Positions 49,816 to 60,273 of a stretch of DNA of 64,000 nucleotides are shown piece after piece. Positions within the stretch are counted from its first letter, which is position 1; the number at the start of each line of letters is the position of its first letter. The notes beneath the pieces were generated by a model. It was not told where the DNA came from, searched no databases, and was given only the letters and a program-made list of their open reading frames with translations. Position numbers and translations under genes: made by a program. This DNA is from Candidatus Freyarchaeum deiterrae (GTDB lineage Archaea; Asgardarchaeota; Jordiarchaeia; Jordiarchaeales; Jordiarchaeaceae): contig CP147778.1 in assembly GCA_037305845.1 (NCBI GenBank), forward strand, positions 2,976,001 through 3,040,000, in the 5' to 3' direction.

Positions 49816-50115
49816 ATTTCCACTTCCTCAAGATGCTTAACGGGTGGTGAGCGATCATATAGTATTTAACTATGCGCCTCCGAATGAGTTCTACTATTCT
49901 ACTAAATCAGGAGGCTTATTCGAATAATTACTTCTCTCCCTCCTATATCGCTAAAATAGCTAAATGCTTTTTTGTCTTAAATTCTTAGCGGTTGTATGAA
50001 GTGAAGACAAGATAAGATGGGAGGAGATAAGATGCGGTGTCCTATAAACCTATGACAATAAACATGTCAGCGGCAATCGCCGAACACTTTCATTTTCATC
50101 CTTTAACGCTTTTAT

Positions 50116-50535
50116 TTAGTGTCCTTCCATTCTTTCCGCTATCTCTCTTAGAGCCTCCGCTGCATGTGTTTGGACCTTTTTAATTTCATCTTTTAGCTCT
50201 TGCATTCGTGGTTCTTTTGTTCTTTCCGCTATCTTTCCAAGAGCTTCGGCTGCATGCCATCGTACATGATGATGTTCGTCCTTTAGTGCTTGTGTTAGTG
50301 GTTCTACCGCTTTTATGTCTCCTGTCTCTCCCAGAGCCCAAGCTGATTTCTGTCGAACATTCTCCTCATTATCTTTTAGTGTTTGTGTTAGTGGTTCCAC
50401 TGCCTTTGCTTCCTTTATCCTTCCAAGCGCCTCCGCTGCACGCCTTCGAACAATTGGGTCACTACTTTTTAGGGCTTTTATCAAGCCATCTACATCTTTT
50501 CCCTTTTCCAACTCTTTCACATTCGGCTCTGCCAT
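50116..50535 (-). CDS. Short HEAT/PBS-lyase repeat protein
   Basis: Three repeats; N-terminus and upstream region homologous to 48475-49815. Confidence 0.88.
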   Translation of the reverse strand: MAEPNVKELEKGKDVDGLIKALKSSDPIVRRRAAEALGRIKEAKAVEPLTQTLKDNEENVRQKSAWALGETGDIKAVEPLTQALKDEHHHVRWHAAEALGKIAERTKEPRMQELKDEIKKVQTHAAEALREIAERMEGH

Positions 50536-50882
50536 ATTTCCACTTCCTTAGACTACTAAACTTGCGGTGACCGGTATATAACATATAAATAATCGTATCA
50601 GAATAAGTTCTAGTGTCCCCGTATAATTGGGAGATTTATTCGAATTACTGTTTTCACTCCCATTTATATGTATTGTTTCACGCAGACGTAAAAGAAAACA
50701 TTACAGTAAAAAACCTTTGTTTTCGCTCCATCTCAAAAAGATGGAATACCTAGAGCCCTTTTGTCTTTAGTGGTTGCATGAAGTGAAGATAATACATCTA
50801 TCAGAGATTCATTATAGGGAAGATAAACATGACATAATCTTTGTAAGACTTAATTCTTTAAACCAACAATAATTGTTTTATC

Positions 50883-50960
50883 GGAAAAGATTAAGAAGAC
50901 GTATGATTAAGAGTTTTTAAAAAGTGTCCTTTCTATTTTAATTTTTATACTGATGAGATG
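50883..50960 (+). repeat. Orphan duplicate of the herA promoter and start region (51971-52042)
   Basis: 44/45 identical nt ggaaaagattaagaaga.gtatgattaagagtttttaaaaagtgt, then tttttatactg.tgagATG. Confidence 0.9.
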
Positions 50961-51217
50961 AATATTGTACAAAATTAAGACAGGAGCGCTCTACGAGAAG
51001 CTTACTTCCCGCAAACACGAAGATTGATTACATTAACTAGGCAGCCGAATAAGAACTCCTCAAACAAGTAAAATAGGAAGCAAGAAAATTCTCAAGGACG
51101 CTTGAACAATTCAAGCAGTAATGGAGGAAAGCAAATAAGGCTGGAAAACAAGGAGAAAAACAGTCAGTCCCCAGTAAATGGGGGAAGACATAGAAAATTG
51201 TAATCTTTTACTAGGAG

Positions 51218-51454
51218 ATGCAAATCGTGAACTGGAAGGAAAGGATAATCATTGATCCAAAGATTCTGGTTGGGAAGCCAGTAATTAAGGGGACGAGAAT
51301 AGCTGTAGAGTTCATATTAGAGCTTTTGGCCAATGGGTGGAAAAGAGAGGAAATCCTAGAGAACTACCCACAGCTTAAGGAAGAGGACATAACCGCTGCG
51401 CTGTGCTACGCAACAGAGGTTTTGAAAGCTGAAAAGATTTACTTGTTCTTATAA
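51218..51454 (+). CDS. DUF433 antitoxin
   Basis: IIIDPKILVGKPVIKGTRI.V...EEILENYPQL..EDI.AAL.YA. Confidence 0.92.
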   Translation: MQIVNWKERIIIDPKILVGKPVIKGTRIAVEFILELLANGWKREEILENYPQLKEEDITAALCYATEVLKAEKIYLFL

Positions 51455-51817
51455 GTGAAGCCTATGAAATTTATTGCTAATGAAAACATAGCTCTCAAAA
51501 CAGTCGAATCATTAAAAAACCAGGGGATTGACATTCTTTCAATCAGAAATTACGGTTGTGGTTTAAAAGATGAGGAAGTCATTAAAATAGCTGCCAAGGA
51601 GCACAGGATTCTAATAACGCTAGATAAGGATTTCGGAGAGCTGGTTTTGAGAAAAGGGAAAAAGTGTGAAGGAATAATACTTCTGAGAATTCCCCCAAAA
51701 TCCTCTGAGTACTTGAAGGAAGCGTTAGTTAGTCTGTTAAAAAAGAATATAAATTTTGAAAACGCTTTCGTTGTGGTGAGCGTGGATAAAGTACGCATTC
51801 TCCCACTAACCGAATAG
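51455..51817 (+). CDS. DUF5615 PIN-like toxin
   Basis: MKFIANENI, G-x2-DEEV, RILITLDKDFGEL, GIILLR. Confidence 0.9.
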   Translation: MKPMKFIANENIALKTVESLKNQGIDILSIRNYGCGLKDEEVIKIAAKEHRILITLDKDFGELVLRKGKKCEGIILLRIPPKSSEYLKEALVSLLKKNINFENAFVVVSVDKVRILPLTE

Positions 51818-52039
51818 GAATGCAACAGGATATAACATGGCGTAAACTGTAACACCATGCTTAGATTAACTTTACAATTAAGCCGTAAATTTTTAGATAA
51901 TTATTGAAAAGAATTGTCCATAATTCTTGGCGAAAACTTGTAATCCTGAAAAGAAAAGCAATTACTTGCTGGAAAAGATTAAGAAGATGTATGATTAAGA
52001 GTTTTTAAAAAGTGTTTTTCTTATTTTTATACTGGTGAG

Positions 52040-53611
52040 ATGGCGAAAATGAGTGTTATTGGTCAGATTGTTGCGGGTAGGGTTTCTTCTATTCTTGTTC
52101 GTGAGAAGAGCGGTGAAAAAATTGAGTTGGGTGACCTTCTGGTTGTTGATGAGAAGGACGGCTACCTTGTCCTGAAGGTTTTCGACCTCCTGTACGGCAG
52201 TCAGGTTCCTCAGGCTGCCCGAGAGCTTCTCGCTGGTATGGAGCTGGAGGGTCACGGCGGAACTGTGGATTTTCTGGAACCAGAGCTAAGGAGCTATGTC
52301 ATGGCTGAGGTCAAAGCCATTGCCAAGGTTACCGATAAAATGGAGTTACTGGTACCCAAAACTTTACCGGGCTTCTTTAAGAGTGTGAGACCGATTTCCG
52401 AAAGGGACTTGGGTTTTTTGACCAAGCCTCCCTGTCCGGTTTATCTGGGTAGGGTTCGGAGTGGTTCCAAGGTTTTGGATGTGGATGTTTTTCTTAACGG
52501 CTTGGATGTCTTCACTCACCACGTTTTGATTCCGGCTACTACTGGTAGGGGTAAGAGTAACCTTGTGAAGGTGATGCTGTGGAGTGTTGTGGGTGAGAAC
52601 AATTTCGGGGTTCTGGTTCTCGACCCTCATGACGAGTATTACGGTCGACACCCTAACTCTAAGGGATTGAAGGATCACCCCAACGCCAAGGGCAATATTT
52701 TCTATTTTTCCTCTAATCCAGTTCCCGGCACTAACACTCTGGTTGTTAACTTGAAGTCCATTAAACCCTCGCACTTTGAGGGCATTGTTGACTTCACGGA
52801 AGCTCAATGGGATGCCATTAAAGCTTATTACAACCTTTATCAGGAGAGCTGGATCGAAAGCATTGTGAGCGGAGCTGAATGTAAGGCTGTGGCTTCCATA
52901 ACAATGGATGTACTTCAAAGGAAGTTCAATAATATACTTGGAGTTTACATGGACACTTCAGGAGTCCTGCAGTGTAGAAGCCGAGTGTTTAGCGACACCG
53001 CTGGAGAATCCACCATAAGAGAAATAATCCGGCTGCTTGAGGATGGAAGGGTAGTAATTCTCGACACCTCGCGTTTGCTCGATCAGGCTGAACTTCTTTT
53101 GGGAAGCATAGTGGTTGAGGGAATATTCAACAGATACCAGAGCTACAAATCTACGGGCGAACTTGACAATAAGCCGGTGGTAACCCTGGTAATTGAGGAG
53201 GCTCCACGCGTATTAGGAACCGAAGTGTTAGCCTCCATGGGCGAAAACATTTACGCCACCGTGGCTAGAGAAGGAAGGAAATTCAAAGTCGGCCTCATCG
53301 CCATCACCCAATTGACCAGCCTTATCCCCCGAACCATTCTTGCCAACATGAACACAAAGATTATCATGGGTAACGAGATGGCTACCGAGCGGAGAGCCAT
53401 TATTGAAAGCGCAGCTCAAGACCTCTCGGATGAGAATAGAACAATAGGGAGCCTCGACAAGGGTGAAGCGATTATAAGCAGCAACTTCACAAAATTCGCA
53501 ATCCCCATACACGTCCCCCTCTTTGAAGAATACATAAAAAATTCTGAAAGCAAGACCGGAACTGGAGCTAAAAAGAAGAAATCCGGAGATTCAACGGTTT
53601 TCATCGGTTAG
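52040..53611 (+). CDS. herA: HerA DNA translocase/helicase
   Basis: HAS-barrel N-terminus, Walker [29 protein letters not shown]. Confidence 0.95.
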   Translation: MAKMSVIGQIVAGRVSSILVREKSGEKIELGDLLVVDEKDGYLVLKVFDLLYGSQVPQAARELLAGMELEGHGGTVDFLEPELRSYVMAEVKAIAKVTDKMELLVPKTLPGFFKSVRPISERDLGFLTKPPCPVYLGRVRSGSKVLDVDVFLNGLDVFTHHVLIPATTGRGKSNLVKVMLWSVVGENNFGVLVLDPHDEYYGRHPNSKGLKDHPNAKGNIFYFSSNPVPGTNTLVVNLKSIKPSHFEGIVDFTEAQWDAIKAYYNLYQESWIESIVSGAECKAVASITMDVLQRKFNNILGVYMDTSGVLQCRSRVFSDTAGESTIREIIRLLEDGRVVILDTSRLLDQAELLLGSIVVEGIFNRYQSYKSTGELDNKPVVTLVIEEAPRVLGTEVLASMGENIYATVAREGRKFKVGLIAITQLTSLIPRTILANMNTKIIMGNEMATERRAIIESAAQDLSDENRTIGSLDKGEAIISSNFTKFAIPIHVPLFEEYIKNSESKTGTGAKKKKSGDSTVFIG

Positions 53612-53627
53612 ATTAGGGTGAATTGCT

Positions 53628-54881
53628 TTGAAGTTTGCTCACATATCGGACTGCCACCTCGGCTTCAATAGGGATCCCTTCCTCAAGACTCTCGAAATGG
53701 AAGCCTTCAACTATGCCCTAGACGAGTGCGTGAAGCGAAAGGTTGATTTCATCATCATAACTGGAGACCTCTTCCACTCCAACATTCCGGACCTAGCGGT
53801 GGTAAACTCCGCGGTTAAAAAAATGAATGAGGTAGTCAGTCAAGACATACCCATCTACGTCATATACGGCAGCCACGACTACAGCCCTAACGAAACATCC
53901 ATAGTGGACATCCTCAGCAGCGCGAACCTATTCACAAAAGTGGTTCACGGAGAAGTGATAGACGAAAAGCTGAAACTAGACTTTTTCACAGACCCCAAAA
54001 CAGGAGTAAAAATAGCAGGCATATCCGCCCGCAGACTGGGTCTAGAAAAGAAGTATTTCGAAATGCTTGACCGAGAAAGCCTAGAAAAAGAAACCGGATT
54101 CAAAATATTCGCCTTTCACACCGGAATAACTGAACTCAAACCCAAGCACCTGGCCCAAATAGAGTCAACTCCCCTTTCCTATCTCCCTAAAGGATTCAAC
54201 TACTATGCTGGGGGACACATCCACCAGCACACCGAGCAGAAAATGAAAGATTACGGAGTGATAGCCTACCCCGGCACGATCTTTGCCGGGTATCCCAGAG
54301 ACTTGGAAGACAACGCTAGAGGCGAAAAAAGAGGATTCCTCATAGTCTCTTTCGATAGCAAGATTGAGAACATAGAATTCGTGGAGATTCCCGGACCAGA
54401 GTATGCTCTTATCGAGTATGATGCCACTGGAAAGAACTCGACAAAAGTACTTGAGGAGCTCACAAAAAAAGTTAGTGAAGCTCCAGTCGAGAAAAGAATA
54501 GTCCTCCTGAAAGTCAGCGGAGAACTGTCTGGAGGAAACATATCAGACATTGACTTCATAAAGATGAGAAATACCCTCCTGGAGAGGGGCGCAAGCTATG
54601 TCAACATCAATCGTCACAGTTTAACCACCAAAGAATACGAAACAATACACGCCATGGGAGAGGACATAGGAGAAGTGGAGAGAACACTCTTCAAGGAAAA
54701 CATTGGAGCCGTAAAAGTATCTGTTGAATCCCTAAAAGGAGAGGACGGAGCAAATCTTGCCGCAGGGCTCTTAACACTCCTGAGACAGAACCAGAAAGCT
54801 GGAGAAACCAAGAAGGACTACGAGAACAGGCTGATGAAACAGGCAATCGATCTTCTAAAGTTGGAGGGAGCTTTCAAGTGA
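53628..54881 (+). CDS. mre11: Mre11 nuclease
   Basis: SDCHLG, TGDLF, GSHD, AFH, GGHIH, YPG. Confidence 0.95.
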   Translation: MKFAHISDCHLGFNRDPFLKTLEMEAFNYALDECVKRKVDFIIITGDLFHSNIPDLAVVNSAVKKMNEVVSQDIPIYVIYGSHDYSPNETSIVDILSSANLFTKVVHGEVIDEKLKLDFFTDPKTGVKIAGISARRLGLEKKYFEMLDRESLEKETGFKIFAFHTGITELKPKHLAQIESTPLSYLPKGFNYYAGGHIHQHTEQKMKDYGVIAYPGTIFAGYPRDLEDNARGEKRGFLIVSFDSKIENIEFVEIPGPEYALIEYDATGKNSTKVLEELTKKVSEAPVEKRIVLLKVSGELSGGNISDIDFIKMRNTLLERGASYVNINRHSLTTKEYETIHAMGEDIGEVERTLFKENIGAVKVSVESLKGEDGANLAAGLLTLLRQNQKAGETKKDYENRLMKQAIDLLKLEGAFK

Positions 54882-56908
54882 GAGCGAAATCACTAAGACT
54901 CGTAAACATACGCAGCTATAAAGATGAGAGCATAGAATTCCCATCAGGAACCACCCTTTTCGAGGGAGACATAGGCTCCGGCAAGTCAACCATACTGCTC
55001 GCCATAGAATTCGCCCTGTTCGGCCTGGGAGACCAGAAAGGGGCTTCTCTCCTAAGACTGGGAGCCAAAGAAGGCTACGTAACCTTCACCTTCGAAATGA
55101 ACGGAGACGATTACGAAGTCCAACGCAAGCTAGCAAGAAAAGGAAATACCATTCAACAGAAAGAGGGTTACATAACTATTGGCGGAAAAAGAACTGATTA
55201 CTCACCCACTGAATTAAAAGAAAAAATTCTGGAGATACTAAAATTTAATGAGCCATCCAACCCTAATGCTCAAAGCGTAATTTACAGATACGCCATTTTC
55301 ACACCGCAGGAAGAAATGAAATCTATCCTCTGGGCTAAGCCTCAGGAAAGACTACAAACAATGAGGAAAGCTTTCGGAATAGAGGACTACAAAACCGCTG
55401 CAGAAAACGCCAAAACTCTCACAGGCAATATCAAAGACAGAAGCAAATTTCTGGAAGGAAAAATAGAGGACTTGGAACAGAAGAAAAAAGAACTCGAAAC
55501 CAAAACAGACGAAATAAAAAAAGCCGAAGAAGAACTCAAAAAACTAGCCAAAGATAAGGAAAAACTGGACTCCGAGATAAAGCAGCAAGAAAACGAAATG
55601 GAAAACCTAAGAGAACAAGAAAAAGAACTCAGCAGCATCCAAGCACTCATCCCAAAACTCAAAGAAGACATAAAAGAAGGAACAAAGAGAAAAAGCACCC
55701 TGCTATCCGAAAACACTAAATACAAGAAAGAAATAGAAGAACAACTCCAACCTCAAATAGAAGGACTGAACAAACTCGAAAAGCCAACCGACAAGAAAGA
55801 AGAAGAACTAGAAAAAGAAACCGAAGACACGAGAAACGAGGAGCGGGAACTATTACAAACAGTCAACACCCTCAACACTAAAATCGAAGAATACCAGCAG
55901 ATAATCGACAACAAAATCTGCCCCACCTGCGACAGAGAAGTCGACCCCCAAGAATTCGGAGAAAAACTCAACAACAAAAAAACAGAAAGAGACCAAGCCG
56001 AAGAAAAACGCAAAAAACTAGCCGAAGCCCTTGAAAACACACAAGCACTGCTAAAGAGCCTAAGAAACTATAATAAGAGCCAAGAAAACCTTAACCAACT
56101 CACTCAAAACCTGGAGGACAAAAAGGAAAGACTCACCAAAAATTTGGAAGAAATACTAGAACTCACAAACCAAGTCGAGAAAACTGATACCGAACTGAGA
56201 AAACACCAGAAAAAACTTGAGGAACTAAAAGACATTTCCGAAAAGATTAAACAATCCAAAACAGCTCTAGAGGCTCTCAAACAGAAACACGAAGAAGCAG
56301 CCAATGAACTATCCAAAGCCGAGAAACAAATCGAAATCTACAAAGAAGAAAAGAAACAAATCGAGAAAGAAATCAAAGAAAAAGAAAAACAGGCAAAAAC
56401 AAAACAACTGCTAGACGAACACCGCATCTGGCTCCAAGACTACTTCACACCCACACTAGAAAGCATAGAGAAACACGTAATGAGAAACATAAACCAGGAA
56501 TTCAACACCCAGCTCCAGAAATGGTTCAACATCCTGGTGGACGACCCCAGCAAAAGCGTCAGAGTAGACGAAGAATTCACACCCATAATAGAACAGGACG
56601 GCTACGAGCAAAACGTAAACTACATGAGCGGAGGAGAAAAAACCAGCCTCGCCCTAGTATACAGACTAGCATTAAACACCATAGTCCTAAAAGTATCCAC
56701 CACAATGAAATCCAACATCCTAATACTCGACGAACCAACAGATGGATTTAGCAAAGAACAACTCTTCAAAATTCGGGAAATCTTAAACGAGCTACAGGAC
56801 GCGCAAGTAATTCTGGTCTCACATGAGAGAGAACTAGAAAGCTTCGCGGACCAAGTCTACAAAGTTGAAAAAAGAAACGGCGTCTCAAAAGTAGAACCCT
56901 CAACATAG
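54878..56908 (+). CDS. rad50: Rad50 ATPase
   Basis: NIRSY, GDIGSGKST, coiled coil with CPTC zinc hook, MSGGE, LDEPT, VSH. Confidence 0.95.
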   Translation: MRAKSLRLVNIRSYKDESIEFPSGTTLFEGDIGSGKSTILLAIEFALFGLGDQKGASLLRLGAKEGYVTFTFEMNGDDYEVQRKLARKGNTIQQKEGYITIGGKRTDYSPTELKEKILEILKFNEPSNPNAQSVIYRYAIFTPQEEMKSILWAKPQERLQTMRKAFGIEDYKTAAENAKTLTGNIKDRSKFLEGKIEDLEQKKKELETKTDEIKKAEEELKKLAKDKEKLDSEIKQQENEMENLREQEKELSSIQALIPKLKEDIKEGTKRKSTLLSENTKYKKEIEEQLQPQIEGLNKLEKPTDKKEEELEKETEDTRNEERELLQTVNTLNTKIEEYQQIIDNKICPTCDREVDPQEFGEKLNNKKTERDQAEEKRKKLAEALENTQALLKSLRNYNKSQENLNQLTQNLEDKKERLTKNLEEILELTNQVEKTDTELRKHQKKLEELKDISEKIKQSKTALEALKQKHEEAANELSKAEKQIEIYKEEKKQIEKEIKEKEKQAKTKQLLDEHRIWLQDYFTPTLESIEKHVMRNINQEFNTQLQKWFNILVDDPSKSVRVDEEFTPIIEQDGYEQNVNYMSGGEKTSLALVYRLALNTIVLKVSTTMKSNILILDEPTDGFSKEQLFKIREILNELQDAQVILVSHERELESFADQVYKVEKRNGVSKVEPST

Positions 56909-57108
56909 AAACAACCAGAAGAACACCATCAGACACTACTCTGAAGCTCCACTTTTTTCAGCTCAGTGATGCGTTGACGCACCTACTTAACACGTTCCAC
57001 GTGCTGCGGTGACGCAAACTTGACGTAATTCTGGTAAGCTTCAACGGCTCCTTTAAAGTCCCCTAAAGCCTCAAGGGCGACCCCCAGGTTGCTGTGAACT
57101 TCGGCATA
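56846..57108. repeat. Direct repeat copy 1 (rad50 3' end plus TPR-gene 3' end); copy 2 at ~62350-62613
   Basis: 48-nt exact core 56899-56946 = 62404-62451, with diverged homology on both sides. Confidence 0.92.
56929..57108 (-). pseudogene. 3'-terminal remnant of a TPR gene homologous to 62434-63648
   Basis: YAEVHSNLGVALEALGDFKGAVEAYQNYVKFASPQHVERVK*VRQRITELKKVELQSSV; TAG stands where the intact gene has CAG. Confidence 0.88.
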
Positions 57109-57319
57109 CGGTTTTTCAACTACGTCTTCACCAAAAGCAGCCAAGGGCTGTAACACACCAGTACCTTCACTGCTTCCAAGCCTACAACTACAACAACATT
57201 CGGCCCCACTAATCCCTAAACCAAAACACACCATCTCATCACAAAACGATACCCATCCAAAGATTACAACAGGCACCTGAGAAGACAAAAACTTCAAGCT
57301 AACAATACCTAGTCCGTGC
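57109..57319 (+). mobile_element. Decayed IS fragment (DDE transposase C-terminus, IS6/IS3/IS481-like)
   Basis: With one frameshift it reads RFFNYVFTKSSQ/AVTHQYLHCFQAYNYNNIRPH*SLNQNTP (YN-x2-RPH-x-SL-x3-TP hallmark). It ends in CCTAGTCCGTGC, similar to archaeal IS6 ends as I recall them. Confidence 0.6.
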
Positions 57320-57370
57320 ACGAAAAGTATTTATGCAACATTACCACTATATAAAAAAAGGGGTGCTAAT

Positions 57371-58213
57371 ATGAGTAAAATGCCAACTTCAGATCTCCTT
57401 TCCCAGTTTCTTGATCAAGGTGAGCAAATCCTTTTTTTCTCGGATAATGCTCAGGTTAGAGAACTTGCTATTGGAGGAAGACCTCTACACGCGAGGGCTC
57501 ATAGTGCTAATGAGCCGGATGCTGGTGATGAACCGCTAAACTGGTCTGGAAAACTTGCTATAACTGACTGGCGAATCTATCTAGTAGGGGGGACGATAAG
57601 AGGGCCAGGGAAAATCGCGTTTGAAGTGATGCTCAACTTCGCCTATGCCAAACAGCGTATAGAAAGCCTAAAGGCAAAATGGGAAGAGGCGTATCAGCAC
57701 AAGTCCCGTTTGGGTATACCTAAATTTGAAAAGGATCCTAAATATTTATATCCTCATAACATGCCGGCAATTCTAACATACGTTAACTTACAAAATGCCT
57801 CAATCGGTGGAGAATTTGGCTTACTCGGTGGAGAATACTTGCTTCTCAATATCCACTCTATACCCGTAGGCAAAGGAGCGCGAAGTATAGGGGTCCCTAA
57901 GGTTATATACGTAGGCAAAGGAGCGCGAAGTATAGCGGACAGTACGATTGGAAAGCGTTTTGACATAAATGAAATTACATGGGGGATACGGATTAAAGAG
58001 CCACTGAACATGACGAAAAAGGCTGAGGCAGATACCGCGGGTTTGGGTATGGTCGGCGGCTCAGCAGGGCCACCTGTGGTAGGGGCCGCTAAAACAATGG
58101 GGCACTCCAAGAGCAAATCCAACATCAATTATGAGCCGATTTTGCAAATACTGCAAATAAAGGCGGAAGAAATATCAAGACAGGTTAAGGAACTTGAGGA
58201 TTCTGCCGCTTGA
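57371..58213 (+). CDS. Hypothetical protein with PH-like elements
   Basis: LDQGEQILF...GKLAITDWRIYLV; GGGGGTG RBS upstream. Confidence 0.7.
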   Translation: MSKMPTSDLLSQFLDQGEQILFFSDNAQVRELAIGGRPLHARAHSANEPDAGDEPLNWSGKLAITDWRIYLVGGTIRGPGKIAFEVMLNFAYAKQRIESLKAKWEEAYQHKSRLGIPKFEKDPKYLYPHNMPAILTYVNLQNASIGGEFGLLGGEYLLLNIHSIPVGKGARSIGVPKVIYVGKGARSIADSTIGKRFDINEITWGIRIKEPLNMTKKAEADTAGLGMVGGSAGPPVVGAAKTMGHSKSKSNINYEPILQILQIKAEEISRQVKELEDSAA

Positions 58214-58364
58214 GCGCCGATTGCGCGCTCCTTGGATTATGCAACTAGTCCACTGATTTGTTTCTTTTCATTTCTTACAAAATAATATCAGGTTATTATA
58301 CTGGAAAGTGTGCCAAAGACTCTGACACTTACCTAATCATTTGGTAGTTTGAGGAAGTGGAAAT

Positions 58365-59894
58365 ATGGTAAAGCCGAATGTGGAAGACAAAGATAAAGAA
58401 AAAGATAACGATGACATAAAAGACTTAATACAGACACTAAATGATAAAGATGAAAATGTTCGAAGGACAGGAGTGAGGGCTCTCGTGGTGATAGGGAATA
58501 GGGCGGTGGAACCACTGATTCAAGCACTAAAGAATAAAAACCCTTTTATTCGGCGGTATGCAGCAGAGGCGCTTGTAGAGATAAGGGACGCCAGGGCGGT
58601 GGAACCACTAGCACAATTACTGAGTGATAAAGAAAAAGATATTCGATGGTACGCATTGAAGGCCCTTGTAGAGATGGGTGATGCTAGGGCGGTAGAGCCA
58701 CTAGTCCAAGCATTGAGTGATAATGATGCAAATGTTCGAAGTTACGCAACATGGGCTCTTGGAAAGATGGGGGACTCAAGGGCGGTAGAGCCACTAGTCC
58801 AAGCATTGAGTGATAATGATGCAAATGTTCGAAGGTATGCAGCGGAGGCTCTTGGAAAGATGGGGGACTCAAGGGCGGTAGAGCCTCTAGTCCAAGCATT
58901 GAGTGATAATGATGCAAATGTTCGAAGTTACGCAACATGGGCTCTTGGAAAGATGGGGGACTCAAGGGCGGTGGAACCACTAACACAGACATTAAAGGAT
59001 GACCATTTTTTTATTCGACAGCGTGCAGCGGAGGCTCTGGGAGAAATAGGTGATGCCAGGGCGGTGGAACCACTAACAAAAGCACTGGGTGATAAAGATG
59101 AAAATGTTCGACGGTACGCAACGGAAGCTCTTGGAAAGATAAGGCACGCCAGGGCAATGGATTTACAGACCCAAGCATTTAATGATAAAGATATTCATTT
59201 GGGTGCGGCGGAGGCTCTGGGAGAGATAGGTGATGCCAGGGCGCTAGAACCATTAATACAAGAACTAAGTGATAAAGATAAAGATAAAGATGTTCGGCGA
59301 AGTGCAGCGAAAGCTCTTGGAGAGGCACGTGATGTCAGGGCGGTAGAGCCACTAATCCAAGCACTAAGTGATAAAGATATTCATTGGGAGGCAGCGAAAG
59401 CTCTTGGAAAGATACGTGATGTCAGGGCTGTAGAGCCACTAATCCAAGCACTAAGTGATAAAGATAAAGAAATTCATTTGGGTGCAGCAGAGGCTCTGGG
59501 AGAGATAGGGGACAAAAGAGCATTAGAGCCACTAGTCCAAGCACTGAGTGATAAAGATGAAAATGTTAGACGGTACGCAATATCGGCTCTGGGAAAGATG
59601 AGGGACTCAAGGGCGGTGGAACCACTAATACAGACATTAAAGGATAAAAACTCTTTTATTCGGCGGTGTGCAGCGGAGGCTCTTGGAGAGACAGAGGACG
59701 CCAGGGCAGTAGAACCACTAGCACAAGCACTAAGGGATAAAGATGAAGATGTTCGGCGACACGCAGCGAAAGCTCTTGGAAAGATAGGTGATACAAGGGC
59801 GGTGGAACCACTAACAAAAGCACTGGGTGATAAAGATGAAAATGTTCAGCGGTGTGCGGCGGAGGCTTTGGGGAAGATGGAGAAAAGGGAGTAG
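58365..59894 (+). CDS. HEAT/PBS-lyase repeat protein
   Basis: About 15 HEAT units, including near-perfect 93-nt tandem copies at 58686, 58779 and 58872. Confidence 0.93.
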   Translation: MVKPNVEDKDKEKDNDDIKDLIQTLNDKDENVRRTGVRALVVIGNRAVEPLIQALKNKNPFIRRYAAEALVEIRDARAVEPLAQLLSDKEKDIRWYALKALVEMGDARAVEPLVQALSDNDANVRSYATWALGKMGDSRAVEPLVQALSDNDANVRRYAAEALGKMGDSRAVEPLVQALSDNDANVRSYATWALGKMGDSRAVEPLTQTLKDDHFFIRQRAAEALGEIGDARAVEPLTKALGDKDENVRRYATEALGKIRHARAMDLQTQAFNDKDIHLGAAEALGEIGDARALEPLIQELSDKDKDKDVRRSAAKALGEARDVRAVEPLIQALSDKDIHWEAAKALGKIRDVRAVEPLIQALSDKDKEIHLGAAEALGEIGDKRALEPLVQALSDKDENVRRYAISALGKMRDSRAVEPLIQTLKDKNSFIRRCAAEALGETEDARAVEPLAQALRDKDEDVRRHAAKALGKIGDTRAVEPLTKALGDKDENVQRCAAEALGKMEKRE

Positions 59895-60000
59895 AATTAC
59901 TGAATCGAAACATGGAAGTGAAGCCCGAAATTAAAAATACATCTAAACCAAAATTTTACTTTGTTTTAGTACATTCAAGTGGCAAAGCTGCCCAGTTGAA

Positions 60001-60273
60001 TCCAACGGGGAAAAGCAAAAACCATTCAAGTTCACAAAGGATGAGGTCGAGCTTCTAGCAAAAATGGAACACTCTCGATGGACCGCCGACCACTTCTTAA
60101 AGGGTTGGACTTACGGTAAAAGGAGTGCAGAACTAAGAACCAGTCCCTATTTGGTTGAATGGGAAAGACTAACCGATGACATAAAGGAGTCTTACCGACG
60201 AGGGGTACGTGACATCCCCGACCTATTGACGATAATTAACCTAGAGATTCAAAGAAATTCTCAAACTGGCTGA
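60001..60273 (+). pseudogene. 5'-truncated RyR-domain gene
   Basis: In-frame FTKDEVELLAKMEHSRW...GWTYG...RTSPYLVEWERLTDDIKESYR; no plausible start upstream of the domain (stop at 59944). Confidence 0.75.

Noticed and set aside
48488-50570. Long + strand ORFs opposite the HEAT genes, and similar antisense ORFs elsewhere
   Set aside because: They are shadows of repetitive coding sequence with no independent motifs.
51040-51210. Weak similarity to the spacer 60300-60470 upstream of the kinase
   Set aside because: Only short matches in A-rich sequence; significance cannot be judged without an alignment.
56983-57321. 112-aa minus-strand ORF in the track
   Set aside because: It is a chimera of an antisense IS remnant and a TPR pseudogene tail.
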